DNA of 64,000 bases from Octopus sinensis (GCF_006345805.1 NC_043007.1:35030001-35094000), one strand, 5' to 3'; positions 30,080-43,931 are shown, counted from the first letter of the stretch. Numbers and translations are program-made. Notes: generated from the sequence alone by a model not told the origin.

Positions 30080-30508
30080 ATACTCTTTTACTCTTTTACT
30101 TGTTTCAGTCATTTGACTGCAGCCATGCTGGAGCACCGCCTTTAGTCGAGCAACTCGACCCCGGTACTTATTTTTTCTGTAAGCCCAGTACTTATTCTAT
30201 CGGTCTCTTTTCGCCGAACCGCTAAGTGACGGGGACGTAAACACACCAGCATCGGTTGTCAAGCAATGCTAGGGGGACAAACACACACACACAAACACGC
30301 ACACACAAACACACACATACATATATATACATGTATATATATACGACAGTCTTCTTTCAGTTTCCGTCTACCAAATCCACTCACAAGGCATTGGTCGGCC
30401 CGGGGCTATAGCAGAAGACACTTGCCCAAGATGTCACGCAGTGGGACTGAACCCGGAACCATGAGGCTGGTTAGCAAGCTACTTACCACACAGCCACTCC
30501 TGCGCCTA
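30080..30508 (-). mobile_element. SINE family C, near full length
   Basis: Reverse complement of the 14741-15140 family. Confidence 0.9.
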
Positions 30509-31131
30509 TGTTGATTGTATTTACATTAAACGTTTTCATCCAGAACGAGGCACTTCCGGAAAGCAGTGGGTTGGTTTAGTCATTAGAGCGTTTGGTTAAA
30601 CACTTCCCGTTTATCGATCTGATGTTCAGAGATCAAATATCGATGGTGTCAACGTCTTCTTTTTTAACCTTTTGGATGTAGATTAAAAGAAAAAAAAAGG
30701 TACTACACCAGTAAGAATAAGAAAACAAAGTCATTAACTTAATGATAAATTTTGGACCAAGAAAGACAGAGCAGACATCCATGAAATTTAAATTAAATTA
30801 AATTAATTAACGATTAAACAATATGGAAAATACGAGTGACTTTTTTGTCACTGCATTCTATTATTAATTAAGCTTAATTAATTAAAATTCTTTGCTCCCT
30901 ATATTGTGTTAACGCCTATTTTACAATTTATTAGAATTAAGAAATAACGAATGCCTGTGTTTTATTAAAACAATGTACTCCACTTTGGTTTTAGATCTTG
31001 AGATACTCGTACCGTTAATTAATAAGATAGGGAATGTTTGGTAATTGTAACGGTTAATTAACCTCTCGAGGACCGCGGCTGAATTTAACTAATTAAAACC
31101 TGAAGTAACGATAATCAAAGACAACGTAATA

Positions 31132-31162
<31 letters not shown>

Positions 31163-31194
31163 TGTATGTATGTATCTATGTATCTTTCTATCTA

Positions 31195-31311
<117 letters not shown>

Positions 31312-31593
31312 CGATATAATGAGTACTAGGCTTACAAAGAATAAGTCATAGGGTCGATTTGTTCGACTAAAAAGGCGGTGCTCCAACATGGCCGCAGTCA
31401 AATGACTCAACAAGCAAAAGAATTATATATTTATATATATACTCAAAAGTAACAGGAGCACCACTTTAATAATACAAACCTTCCCTACTTCAAGATAACT
31501 CTTTAAGGTTTCGAGCCTACGCTCTTCCACAGAAAGGAACACAGAAAGAAACGAGGAGAGAAACTAAAGAGAGAAAATATGTGTATATATATA

Positions 31594-32183
31594 TTGCTAT
31601 ACACACGCGCAACCCGCCCCCACAAACAGACACATACACATACGTCAATATGACAGACTTTCAGCTGGTCATATGCTGTCTCCCATAACGTGGACTCCAG
31701 TATGGCCGTTGTCCAGTGACTGATAGCTGTTATTGAAGAAAACAATAAAAAAGAATATATTTTAGAAGTCTATTCCAGGATCAATAATACAGGTTGTTTT
31801 ACACTTCTCAAAAACATGTCTATCGACAATTTCTATACAGTCTTTGAAAAGTCTTTGAAAGGTTTTCATAGGCAAAATCCATTTTCGAAAGTGAAGGCTG
31901 TACTAGAAAGGTCTTTAAAAAAATCTATAAACACCATCGCTAATATTCAGAAAATGAAGAAAAAATATGAGATAAAACAGCAATAATGGAAAAAAAGAAT
32001 AGCGAGTATAAAAGTGATTTAGACAATCGAAATATTTCGTGCTAAACGTAGCCACAATTTCGGAATTTTTTCTGCTATCTCTCGGTAAAATGGAGCCAAA
32101 TAAAATTCGTAAGGCTTGCCAAGAAAACTCAATGCCAATAAAGTAATTTATGTGAAACGGAACGGAGAGAGAATTTTAAGTGA
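31594..32183. repeat. About 600-bp dispersed repeat, copy 1
   Basis: Colinear similarity to 37891-38474, partial copy at 32918-33058. Confidence 0.75.
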
Positions 32184-32305
32184 ATATGCAAAGATAATGC
32201 AAAGCTAAAACTAAACTGTAGAGATTTCCTCTGGGATATAGTACAGCTCTGGGATATAGTATGGTGTTTTTTTTAAATTGTCTAAAGACTTCATAGACTC
32301 CTTGA

Positions 32306-32376
<71 letters not shown>

Positions 32377-33191
32377 AAATATGTTACGAAAAGAAAATAT
32401 AAAATACACGTGGAACTGTAAGGGTAAAGTATGAAAAATCAACGAAAATGCACATTGCAAATAGAAAAAGGCTATTTATGACAGGTAACGACAAATATAT
32501 ACATTTAGATTGACTGAGGTAGTAATACGAGTCATGAAAGTCATTATTATGAGATGATCATAAGATGATAATAAAGTAAGAGAACAAAACGAACCATGGT
32601 TTACGCAAAGCTATTCATTGTTTGAACAACACCGGTGTCAGGTCTAATAGTTCCGGAGAAAAAAGATTATTTGTAAGGGAGGTAATTAGTTCTGGATTTA
32701 GAGATGTGAGTGGTGTAGGAAGTGTATAGGGTTTAGTGGTTTCAATTGAAGAGTTAGTGGTGTTCAGTATTGAGTTGTGTGTTCATATTTAGTTTGGGGA
32801 GAAATTTATTGATGAAAAATGCCTCTTTATTCCTCTTTATATATAGATATAGACATAGATATAGATATAGATATATATACACATATGTATATAGACACAC
32901 ACACAGATGCATATGTATTGCTATACACACAAGCACAACACCCCACCACACACACACATGTCGATAGGATAGACTTTCAGTCGGTCATCTATTGTCTCCC
33001 GTAACGTGGATTCCAGTATGGCCGATGTCCAGTGACTGAGAGCAGTTAACGAGGAAGACATATATGTATATGTATATATACATTATATACATACATACAT
33101 TCATACATACTTACATACATACATATATATATATGTATATATATATGTATATATAAATGTATATATATGCACATATATATACATGCATATA

Positions 33192-33223
<32 letters not shown>

Positions 33224-33249
33224 CATACATATATGTATATATACATAAT

Positions 33250-33283
<34 letters not shown>

Positions 33284-34573
33284 TTATATACACATACATA
33301 TATATATATGCATATATACATAATATATATACATATATATACACACACACATATATATATATGTATATAAATATATATATATATATGTGTGTGTGTGTGT
33401 CTTTGTATCACTGTATCAACCAGACAAGCGTATGTTGTTATACAACGCTAGTCACAATGCACTTCCCTGCACTGTTGTAGCTATTGAATGATGTCACCCT
33501 GTTGGCTAGGCGGACAGGCACACACATACATGCATATCAGCCAGTTTATAGAATATAGAGGGTGCTCTATTTCGTTGCACTGGTTCTGGTGAGGTAACCA
33601 AGTAACTCGCAAGACAAGACCTCCTCGATTGAGTGACGTCCGTTGTAGAGAGGGATGTGGTTTTACGCCAGGTGTTGAGAAGCTGAAGTATGACAGAAGG
33701 GCAGACGCAAGTGTTTTGCTACATGAGATATACTCGGTTGCCTCGTATTAGATGTCCCAGCATTACATTATTTACTATAGTCAATATACGGTGAAAGCTT
33801 ATATTTATATTTACACATATATACACACAGAGACACAAGCACACACACATGTGCATGTGTTCGTTCATGCATCTCTGTCAATTTGCTTAAGTCTTGTATA
33901 CATGTGTATGTATATCACTATTTTCTTACGCATATTTGATTGCTTTTGCGTACACACGTTATTTTCCATTGTCTGCATTCATCAATACTGGGAATGTATT
34001 TTTCTGAGATGACATGATAAAGAGGCAAAATTGTTTAGGGCTCTTGGACATAGAAATGTGCCGGACATTTTTTTAATCAAAAAGACTTGTGTTTAAGTGC
34101 ACATTAGTCGAAACATTATGCAATACGATTGACATTTTCCGCAAAATTAAAGAACATAGGAAGAAGAAATACAGATTTAAACTTTAATATGTAAATGTAT
34201 CAACTTCCGGATAGAGTATATTAAAAGCAAAAATTATTTTCCTTTCTTTAATGTCAAGTCTTGTGAGTGCGTTGATGCCTATTATTCTAATTTTGATATT
34301 TAATGCTATTTTGATTCTTAAGCTAATGTGTTTTTGATATTTCTTCCAAACATTTGAGTGTGGTGTAGGGTGTTTAGCTCATTAATTCCAAAGAATCCGT
34401 AAGTTTCTCTTTGGCCTCATTGTCTTATCCCCCACTGCCTCGTCTAACATTATGTTTGTGGTTTTGCTTTTATTACTTTTTCATGTGTGTGTGATATGTA
34501 TTGGGTGCAGAACAATTGTTTCTTCTGTAATACATACATACATACATACATACATACATCATACATACATACA

Positions 34574-34605
<32 letters not shown>

Positions 34606-34859
34606 ATAAGGCAGAATGCTAAATTGAAAGTAAATTTCGATAAAAATGGGTGTATGAAAAAAAAAACGAAAAAAGAAATCAAACTGGCTTTCATTGCAAG
34701 GCAAATTTTCAAGATTTGGAAGGGAAAAATTTTTTTTAATTGAGGAAGGGGAAAAAAGAAATTTACAATGGTTTTTTTTTTCAAAAAATATATATATATA
34801 CATAAATTAATAAATAAGTATACCAATACATTGTAGAGTCTTTATGCTTTCAGAGTTCA

Positions 34860-36183
34860 ATATTAGTCCTTGGAAAAACTTCTTTGGAGGATTAGGATGC
34901 ATGTGTTTAAGTGTAGTATTTTGTTTGAAAAAGTTGGGTGTTCGTGTGTCAAAACAGGAAATGGGGTGGGAGTTATCCAGTTCCTGTGAATAAGGGGAGA
35001 CAATTCTGTGGATTTTATGCTCTTTAATTGGAATGCTGGATTTTTTGTCAAACAGGATGCTTATATCAATTTTTTGTCAGACAGGATACTAGAAAAAGGA
35101 ATATGGTCACCTTGGAGTTTGCATATTAAGAAGCGTTTGGAATTTTTCAATAAAAAGATTCTCCTTGTTGATTATTTCTTGTGTAGAGATTCCGTCTTTA
35201 CATTGATAGAAAGAGAATATATGAAATTTGGGATTTTTATTTCTAGCTACTGAGTAGAATTTGACGGTATTGTGGGAGATTTATCTGTTCTTTATGGACT
35301 GCTACTCTTCTACGTAAAAGAAGGCTCGTTTGTCCGACATAATTGTGTTGGCAACCGGCGCATGTAAGAACGTAAATGAGGTTCTCGGAGGAACAGGAGA
35401 AGTTGGTCTTGATTTTAAACTTTGTTCCTTGTTTGAAAGTAAATTCAGAGCCTCCAAGTAGGAAGGGGCAGGTACCACAATTAGGGCGTGCACATTTTTT
35501 AACTGATGGGGGTGGATGTGGTGTGTGAAGTTTGGCATTTGTTAAGAGTTTTTTCAAAGATTTATATTGTTTTTGCATTTAAGGATATTATGTGTATTGA
35601 TAATATTCATTTTTTGGTCTGTGGACAGTAAGGGGAGATTTTGTATGATTGTGGTGTATGCTTCGATGTTTTTGGGGTTGTTGGTGGAAATGTATGGAAG
35701 TATTTTGAGGTTGGGTGTGTTACTGTGTTGGGTGGTTTTCAGTGTATTATTGTCGAGTTCTTTGTCACATTTTATTCCATAGTCTATGTGTGTGGAGGGA
35801 TATTGACGTTATAATAGTGGGTTTTTTAGGTCTTGAAGGCGTATTTCTCGAGTTTTTGGATCCGAGACAATGGTGCATATCCTTTTAGCTAAGTTGAAGG
35901 GGATATTTATTTTGGTGTGTTTTGCGTGGCATGAACTGAAGAGGTGGTATTGCTGTGAGTCTGTGAGTCTGTATTGCTGTGAGTCTGTTCTGATTTGGTT
36001 GTCAGGTGTTTGTATAATTAGGAGATCAAGGAAAGGGAGATGATATTTGCTGAATTCCATAGTGAATTGAATGTTGGGATGAATGTTGTTCAGTGTGGTT
36101 TTGAATTCCAGAAGTTTTTCATAAGATTGTTTCCATATGAGGAAACAATCATCTGGAAAAGATACCTAGATGATAGTTTCATC
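34860..36183 (-). mobile_element. 5'-truncated Penelope-like element (RT end, thumb, Cys linker, GIY-YIG)
   Basis: DDCFLIW...IQFTMEFS...LPFLD; SSCHAKHTKINIPFNLAKRI; CARPNCGTCP...SCSSENLIYVLTCAGC...YVGQT. The Cys-rich linker suggests a Neptune-like group. Confidence 0.9.
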
Positions 36184-36315
36184 TTTCTTCTGTTGGTCTG
36201 CTCGCTTAGCCAGCGGGGTGGCGTCATTTGAAGGCTAAAACAATGCGAAGCGCATTGTGACCAGCGATGTGTAGCAACATCTGATAGCCTGGTCGGTCAC
36301 GGTGATCACGGTGAT
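36184..36315 (+). mobile_element. 5'-truncated SINE A tail Z
   Basis: Homologous to 47755-47880; ends GGTCACGGTGATCACGGTGATCAC. Confidence 0.8.
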
Positions 36316-36759
36316 CACACACACACACACATACACATACACACACAGACACACACACAGACACACACACACACATACACACACACACACAAATGTATAT
36401 ATATATATAACAGATTGTATCTTTTCTTGTGGAGTAGTAATTGTCAGGAACATAAAAAACAAGATTAATTGCGGTCTGAAACATTAAAATATAACATTAA
36501 TAAAATTATTAATATCATAAAATTTTATAAAAACTTTAATAATAACATATTAATAAGTGACAAAAATTTAGTCGACACTTCTAAGTTCTTCCTAATGACT
36601 TTTTGAAACTGTCTAAACACTTTATGATGGACTCGGTGTGTGTATCTGTGTGTGTGTGTATGTGTGTGTGTGTGTATGTGTGTGTGTACACGCACATATA
36701 CATATATGCGTTAAATGGAGAAGCCGTGACGAGTGACAATTGTATAAATAATAGTAATA

Positions 36760-36840
<81 letters not shown>

Positions 36841-36843
<3 letters not shown>

Positions 36844-37530
36844 TGAAAAGAAATATTACAAGTAACTGCAGAATATGTGGAGATGGACAAGAAACAATAA
36901 ATCATATTATCTCTAGCTGCCCAGTCCTGGCTAAGAAGGAATATATTCACAGACATGACAGAGTTGGAACCCACATACATTGGAAGCTATGCCAACATTA
37001 TGGAATAACAACAGAAAAAAGATGGTATAGGCACACACCAGAAAATGTCACAGAAAACGAGAAAGCAACCATACTCTGGGATATGCCGATACACGCAGAT
37101 AGAGAAATTAAGGCCAACAGACCAGATATAGTTGTCAGAGATCATGAAGAAAAAAAATGCTTTCTAATTGATGTATCAATACCGGCAGATGACAACGTGT
37201 CTCTAAAAGAAATGGAGAAACTCTCAAAATACAAAGACCTGGAAATAGAGGTAACTAGAATGTGGAACCTGAAAACAGAAACAATTCCTATCATAGTAGG
37301 TGCATTAGGCATGATAAAAAAATATTCAGACAAATACATAACAAAAACACCAGGACTTACAAACACATATAACATACAGAAAATTGCACTACTAGGCACT
37401 GCACACATCCTACGCAGAACACTTTCCATACAATAACCATCAGAGCATCACAACAAATCACAGCACATACCCAAGGCACACAGAGCTGCGCTCGGTAGTG
37501 AAGTGAAAGCACACTATAAAAATAAAACTA

Positions 37531-37533
<3 letters not shown>
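36841..37533 (+). mobile_element. 5'-truncated Dong/R4-like non-LTR retrotransposon (CCHC knuckle, RLE, 3' UTR) in (TAA)n
   Basis: CRICGDGQETINHIISSC, RHDRV, ILWD, RPDIVV, LIDVSIP, EKLSKYKDL, PIIVGALG; (AAT)n on both sides. Confidence 0.9.
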
Positions 37534-37594
<61 letters not shown>

Positions 37595-37890
37595 TAATAA
37601 TCCTCTTAAATCTTATAAGCGATCACTGTATTTTCACTAAAGAAACTAGTCTAATATTTGGGCATATAAGCCTTCGACGGAAAAAAAAGTCAGTGCACAT
37701 GCGAAACGAACCCACCTCTCTTACATTCGTGATAAGTGTGCTAACAGATTACACTAACCTACCCATGCATACGTACGTACGTAGTATGTATGTATATATG
37801 TATGTATGTGTCTTTCTGTCTGTCTGTCTGTCTGTCTCTATGTATGTATGTATGTATGTATGCATGTATGTACGTATGTATGTTTACATA

Positions 37891-38474
37891 TTGCTATACA
37901 CACATGCACAAACCTTCCCCCCCACACACACACAGACACCAATCTAATAAACTTTCAGTCGGTCATATATTGTCATCTCTCAGAATGTGGATCCTAATAT
38001 GGCCGTAGTTCAATGACTAAGAGCAGTAAAAGAAGTAAACAATTGAAAAACATATTTTAGAAGTCCATTTCGATATTAGTAACGTATGTTTTACTCTTCT
38101 TTAAGAGACAATTTCTATTGGCAATTTCTGTACAGTCTTTGAAAGGTCTTCATAGGCAAAATCCATTTTCGAAAGTGAAGGCTGTACTACAAAGGAGATT
38201 GGTCTTTAAAAAAATCTATAGACACTGTCGTTAATATCCAGAAAATGAAGGAAAAAATATGAGATAAAACAGCAATTATGGAAAGTAGAATAGCGAGTAT
38301 AAAAGTGATTTAGACAATCGAGATATTTCGTGCTAAACGTAGCCACAATTTCAGAATTTTTTCAGCTATCTCCCGGTAAAACAGAGCCAAATAAAATTTG
38401 TAAGGCTTGCCAACAAAACTCAGTGCCAATAATATATTTTATGTGAAACGGAATGGAGAGAGAATTTTAAGTGA
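37891..38474. repeat. About 600-bp dispersed repeat, copy 2
   Basis: See 31594-32183. Confidence 0.75.
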
Positions 38475-38532
38475 CTACATATATGGATATGTGTGTGTGT
38501 GTGTGCATCTGTATATGCTTATATATATAGAG

Positions 38533-38872
38533 AGCAAATCGACCCCAAGACTTATTCTTTGTAAGCCTAGTACTTATTCTATCGTTCTCTTTTTGCCGAA
38601 CCACTAGGTTACGGGGACGTAAACACACCAGCATCGGTTGCCAAGCAATGTTGGGGGGACAAGCACAGACACACAAACACATACACACACATACATATAT
38701 ATATATAAACATATATACGACAGGCTTCTTTCAGTTTCCGTCTATCAAATCCGCTCACAAGGCTTTAGTAGAAGACACTTGCCCAAGGTGCCACGCAGCG
38801 GGACTGAACCCGGAACCATGCGGTTGGTAAGCGAGCTACTTACCACACAGCCGCTCATCGCATATGGGACTT
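38533..38872 (-). mobile_element. SINE family C
   Basis: Reverse complement of the family C head and body. Confidence 0.85.
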
Positions 38873-39489
38873 ATCAGGGTTACACATAACGAGTAATAAT
38901 AATCATCGCTCTTTCCAGGTTAAGAAGGATCAGTTATTTCCCCTTGAACGATTGCAGTTGTTTCCGAAATTGGTCATTTTGCGTAAATTTTTTTCTTTTC
39001 TGTGGTGTGCAAATGAAGCGGACCACGTTTCAAAAACAAAGTTTCTGTCGTAAGGGCATAGGCTAAAAAGTTCCCTTTTTGAATTCAAGAAGGATCATTG
39101 TTCTCTCGGCCAAAGAAAGTTTGTACTATCTGCTTCCGTTGAGGTATAACACAGATTGTTCTAGCAGCTTCCAGTTAATTTCGTATAGAGTTTCCTTCTC
39201 TTTTCTTCGCCACATTTAACATGTAACTTCTTAACCACAGAGCTATAACAGTAGATTGACCGAATCGTTAGAGCGCGGGACAAAATGCTTGCGATATTTG
39301 TTCCGGGCGTTTGCCTATTAAGAACTTTAGTGTTGTACAAGAAGAAATAAAATTTAACTCCGTATACACACACATATACCCATACACATATTGTAAAGTA
39401 ATGAACACAGAAAGAAATAAGTCAACACAAGAAGAAAAAGTTTTAGAGAATGTTGTATTAGTTTATCGCTTAAAAAGAAAGGAAGGAAT

Positions 39490-39523
39490 CTTGACGCTTC
39501 GGCCGATAGTCCTTCATCAGAAG
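39490..39523 (-). ncRNA. Minimal type I hammerhead (GAAG variant) in a Penelope-type terminal repeat
   Basis: Minus strand CTT-CTGATGA-A-GG...CC-GAAG-CG-TC-AAG. Confidence 0.55.
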
Positions 39524-39782
39524 CAAAATACAGACGAAATATAAAGAAGAGTGAATGATAAAAGTGGTTATAATAAAAAACAAACTGCTGAGGGGTTAGG
39601 GAAAGGAAGAGTTAAAAAAGGGAGGGAGTTGAGGGCTGAATATACAGGAATTTATTGAGATGGTCATAGGGAGATGTGTAAGCTTGCAGTGATTTAGAGC
39701 TGTGTCTGTGTGTATGGAGGTGTGAAAGTTGGGGAGTGTAGGCGCGTGAGATAATGTGATTGGTTGGTGTGTAGGTTTAATC

Positions 39783-39825
<43 letters not shown>

Positions 39826-39935
39826 AATTCGGGGTGAGTACTTGATAATTATAAGCACCTGTGTATACCGTTTGGTGGTGTAGGTGGTGGAGTAAATTGA
39901 TCAAAATAAAATAAAAACATGATGCGAAGGACTCA

Positions 39936-40013
39936 GCGGTACATATGTTTCGGGCCTTTATTAGACAGATTTATAACAATGCATAATGTATGTCTGTGGC
40001 CTTCTTCAGCCGC
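39936..40013 (-). ncRNA. Type I hammerhead ribozyme (mirror copy)
   Basis: Reverse complement of 40290-40367. Confidence 0.8.
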
Positions 40014-40289
40014 GCACAACAGCTTCCACAAGGACATGTGTTACATCAAAAATTCTTGGTTGGGGATGCAAATCCTCTCATTCACGTACGACATAATGCG
40101 GCAGCAGCATAGAGTTGAAGCGTCCATCTCTTTCTTCTCTCAATGTAGAAATTTCTACATTGAGAGAAGAAAGAGATGGACGCTTCAACTCTATGCTGCT
40201 GCCGCATTATGTCGTACGTGAATGAGAGGATTTGCATCCCCAACCAAGAATTTTTGATGTAACACATGTCCTTGTGGAAGCTGTTGTGC

Positions 40290-40367
40290 GCGGCTGAAGA
40301 AGGCCACAGACATACATTATGCATTGTTATAAATCTGTCTAATAAAGGCCCGAAACATATGTACCGC
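40290..40367 (+). ncRNA. Type I hammerhead ribozyme
   Basis: GCGG-CTGAAGA-A-GGCC[ACAGA...TCTGT...]GGCC-C-GAAA-CATATG-TA-CCGC: stem I GCGG/CCGC, palindromic stem III ACATATGT, GUA site 40361-63. Confidence 0.8.
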
Positions 40368-40408
40368 TGAATCCTTCGCATCATGTTTTTATTTTATTTT
40401 GATCAATT

Positions 40409-40479
<71 letters not shown>

Positions 40480-40690
40480 CATACATACATACATACATAC
40501 ATACACATACAAGGAAATAAGCTCTTCTTATAGGGACTGAAACATCAAATTTCCACTAGTTTTAACTGGTTTAATACAAAATAAAGTATTAAAAAAATTA
40601 CAATACAAATGGGTATATATACAATAGACAAAAATAATAAAAGGAAAAGGGAGAGTTTAAACTGACACATGTTAATTTACTAATAGAACA

Positions 40691-40754
<64 letters not shown>

Positions 40755-41616
40755 AATAGTAATAATCCCTACAACTGTTTCGATTGCAGCCCAAAGCCAA
40801 TAACAAATTTATAAAAATTCATATCTTGGAAATATTTTGAAGTTTGAGAAACTGAAATATGTAAATTTTGCCCCGTTTTATCCTGATGTGATTTTTACTC
40901 AAAATAATCCCTAAATATGAATTTTTATAAATTTGTTATCGGTTTTGGGTTGAAATCGAAACAATTGTAAGGATTATTAATATTTATGTTATAATAATGA
41001 AATTATATTATGTTAATAAATTAACACATGTCAGTTTAAACTCTGCATTTTCCGTTTAATATTCTTATATTCATATATATGTATTTATGTATATATATAT
41101 ATATAATTATATTAAGAGACCTATCTCCAGCATGCTTGAAGTGACGATACATTCATAAAAACTAGCAAAACCTCCAGATAAATATACACATGACGGAAAG
41201 CAGGCTAATGAAAGAAAATTAAAAAGACCTCACGTTAATTGTGAAATGGTTCCAATTTCTTTCCCGTGTATTGTGTTGACGAAGAAAGGAGGCTTATTTT
41301 TTGCGTTAATCCAGAAATTGGAACCAATTCACAATTAAAATGAGGTCTTTTTAATTTTCGTTCACTAGCCCGTTTTCAGCCATGTGTATATTTATCTGGA
41401 GTTTTTGATAGTTTTCTTAAGGTATCGGCACTTCAAGCATGGGGTTTTTGCCCCTGTTCTCTTAATACAATTATATACATATGTACATTATTATTAATTC
41501 AATGTATAAATTGCCTATAAATTTTTATTGCATGCTGACTACTTGATAAAAATCATAAAATCATTCAGGTGACTTTTATCTTATATTCTATTATGAATTT
41601 ATATATATATATATAT

Positions 41617-41782
41617 AGGCGCAAGAGTGGCTGTGTGGTAAGTAGCTTGCTTACCAACCACATGCTTCCGGGTTCAATCCCACTGCGTGAAATTTTAAGC
41701 AAGTGTCTTCTACTATAGCCTTGGGACGACCAAAGCCTTGTGAGTGGATTTGGTAGACGGAAACTGAAAGAAGCTTGTCATA

Positions 41783-41823
<41 letters not shown>

Positions 41824-42046
41824 TATATATATATGTATATATGTTTGTGTGTCTGTGTTTGTCCCCCCAACATCGCTTGACAATCGATACTGGTGTGTTT
41901 ACGTCCTCGTGACTTAGCGGTTCGGCAAAACAGACCGATAGAATAAGTACTAGGCTTACAAAGAATAAGTCCTGGGGTCGATTTGCTCGACTAAAGGCGG
42001 TGCTCCAGCATGGCCGCAGTCAAATGACTGAAACAAGTAAAAGAGT
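41617..42046 (+). mobile_element. SINE family C, near full length
   Basis: A/B boxes, body and GAAACAAGTAAAAGAGT tail. Confidence 0.9.
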
Positions 42047-43931
42047 ATATATATATATATATATACATCAGACAAGTTATAGATAATCGTCATTCTATAT
42101 TTTTTCCTTTATCAGAGCAAATTTGGCTTACAGCTGTTTCCAGTTGTCATTATAGGTTCGATACTAATTTGTTTACTCAATCGGTCTATTGATTAGTTGA
42201 GAAAAAAATGAACGACCTTAAAAAATTAACGCTACTTTCGTCTGAATCATTTCAGGTTATAACAAAGCAGAAACTAGACAACAATATTTAAGCCTTATCC
42301 CAGGTTAATAAGATTATGTATGAAGAAAAAGCAGCCAACATTAATATAAGTAATCACCACCAACCATGAATCCACAAATGTTTTACTCTTCTTTTACTGC
42401 TCTTAGTTATTGAACTACGGCCATATTAGGATCCGCATTATGAGAGACGACAATATATGACTGACTGAAAGTTAATTTGGTTGGTGTATATGGGGGGTGC
42501 ATGTGTGTATAACAATATGCAAACATACATGCATGCATACGTACATACATACATATCTACATACATACAGACATACAGACAGATACATACATACATATAT
42601 ACATACATACTACGTAGGAACGTATGTATGGGTTGTTTGTTTCTTCTTGAGCCATGCCTGGCTCATAAAGGCCGGTTTTGCCCTTTACTAGAATGAAGGA
42701 CTACTCAGAATAACAAAACTAAGATATAAAAATCAACAAACAAGCATAACAAATGTGTATTCCCATCATCAGCTGCCAAGCAGGTATCACTATGGTTTCA
42801 GCATCTGGGCAGTGCTACTCAATCCGGCGGTGTTAACAGCGTTTAAAACATAAAGGCTGCTTGGAAATCAATAGTAATCAGCAGAAGCGAAACGTTAGCA
42901 CAATATGTTCGTTAATCCAACACCTGCTTGTTATTACAAGTGACATCAAAGTAAACAGTATTGAATTATAGTTACAAAACAATACCTATGCAACAAAGAA
43001 CTTACTCCGGAAAAGAACGTTGTGATCCTAAAGAACAAAGAAACAAGCGACAAACCTGTTAAACGTGCGATGTTCGATATGATAACATCGACCCCAGCTA
43101 ACAGCTAACCAAGAGTTTAAAACAAATAGATCATAAAACGAACATTAGTCTATGTTTGCTTTTTATCCGTCTGTATCATATCACAAACATGATACTACGC
43201 CATAAAGAAAAGTAATAAAAATTAGTAAAACATTGTACATTGTTTGTCCTTGAACAATATACAAGGAAAAACGACAAGCACAGATCAATACATATAAAAT
43301 ATGTTGAATGTTATAAAATAAAATAACCGCCGAAGAAATTGCAACTAAATGTAAAATAAATGTAAAAAAAAAAAATAATTAAAAAATAAACATAATAAAA
43401 ATAGAATAAATAAAAATGGATTTAGAATTAAATCAAATTGAAAATTGTATATAATAAATTAATATAAAAACAATAAAAACAGGGCAAAAACTATTGAGCT
43501 AGAACAAATAATTAATATGTCCTACCTAGAAAGAGACTAAATAATCTATTATCAATTAAACGGTCAATGTACTCGTTAACTGAGTACAACTCAAACTGCA
43601 TCAAAATTTAGAATAAAGAAATATATCTGGAATTTAAAATCAACACATACACCTAATAACTATAAACATTGAAAACTACTAAAACAAGTACATCCCAACA
43701 AAATTATTTTACATATAACAAAATTCCACGTGCTGCAGAGAAATTAACTGAGACCGTACTCACATCTAAACCCCTTGTTGCCAAAAGACCAAAAGACAGA
43801 TATAGGTCAACTGGAAAAAGTTAATCTCCTCTGCCCACCGGAAGTGACGTTGTCTACTACAGTGAATGACAACTGCCCAGCGGAACTGACATTGTACACA
43901 ACTGTGAATGACCACCAACCCTCAAAGCTTC

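Larger units (their letters stand above)
39892..40411. repeat. 520-bp near-perfect palindrome
   Basis: 260-bp arms, no spacer (centre GTAGAAA|TTTCTAC at 40151/40152), one mismatch seen. Confidence 0.95.

Noticed and set aside
33620-33650. CCTCCTCG resembling HDV ribozyme L3
   Set aside because: Flanking bases do not form P3 or P1.
39919-40384. Identical 100-aa ORFs on both strands
   Set aside because: A consequence of the palindrome; no recognisable motif.
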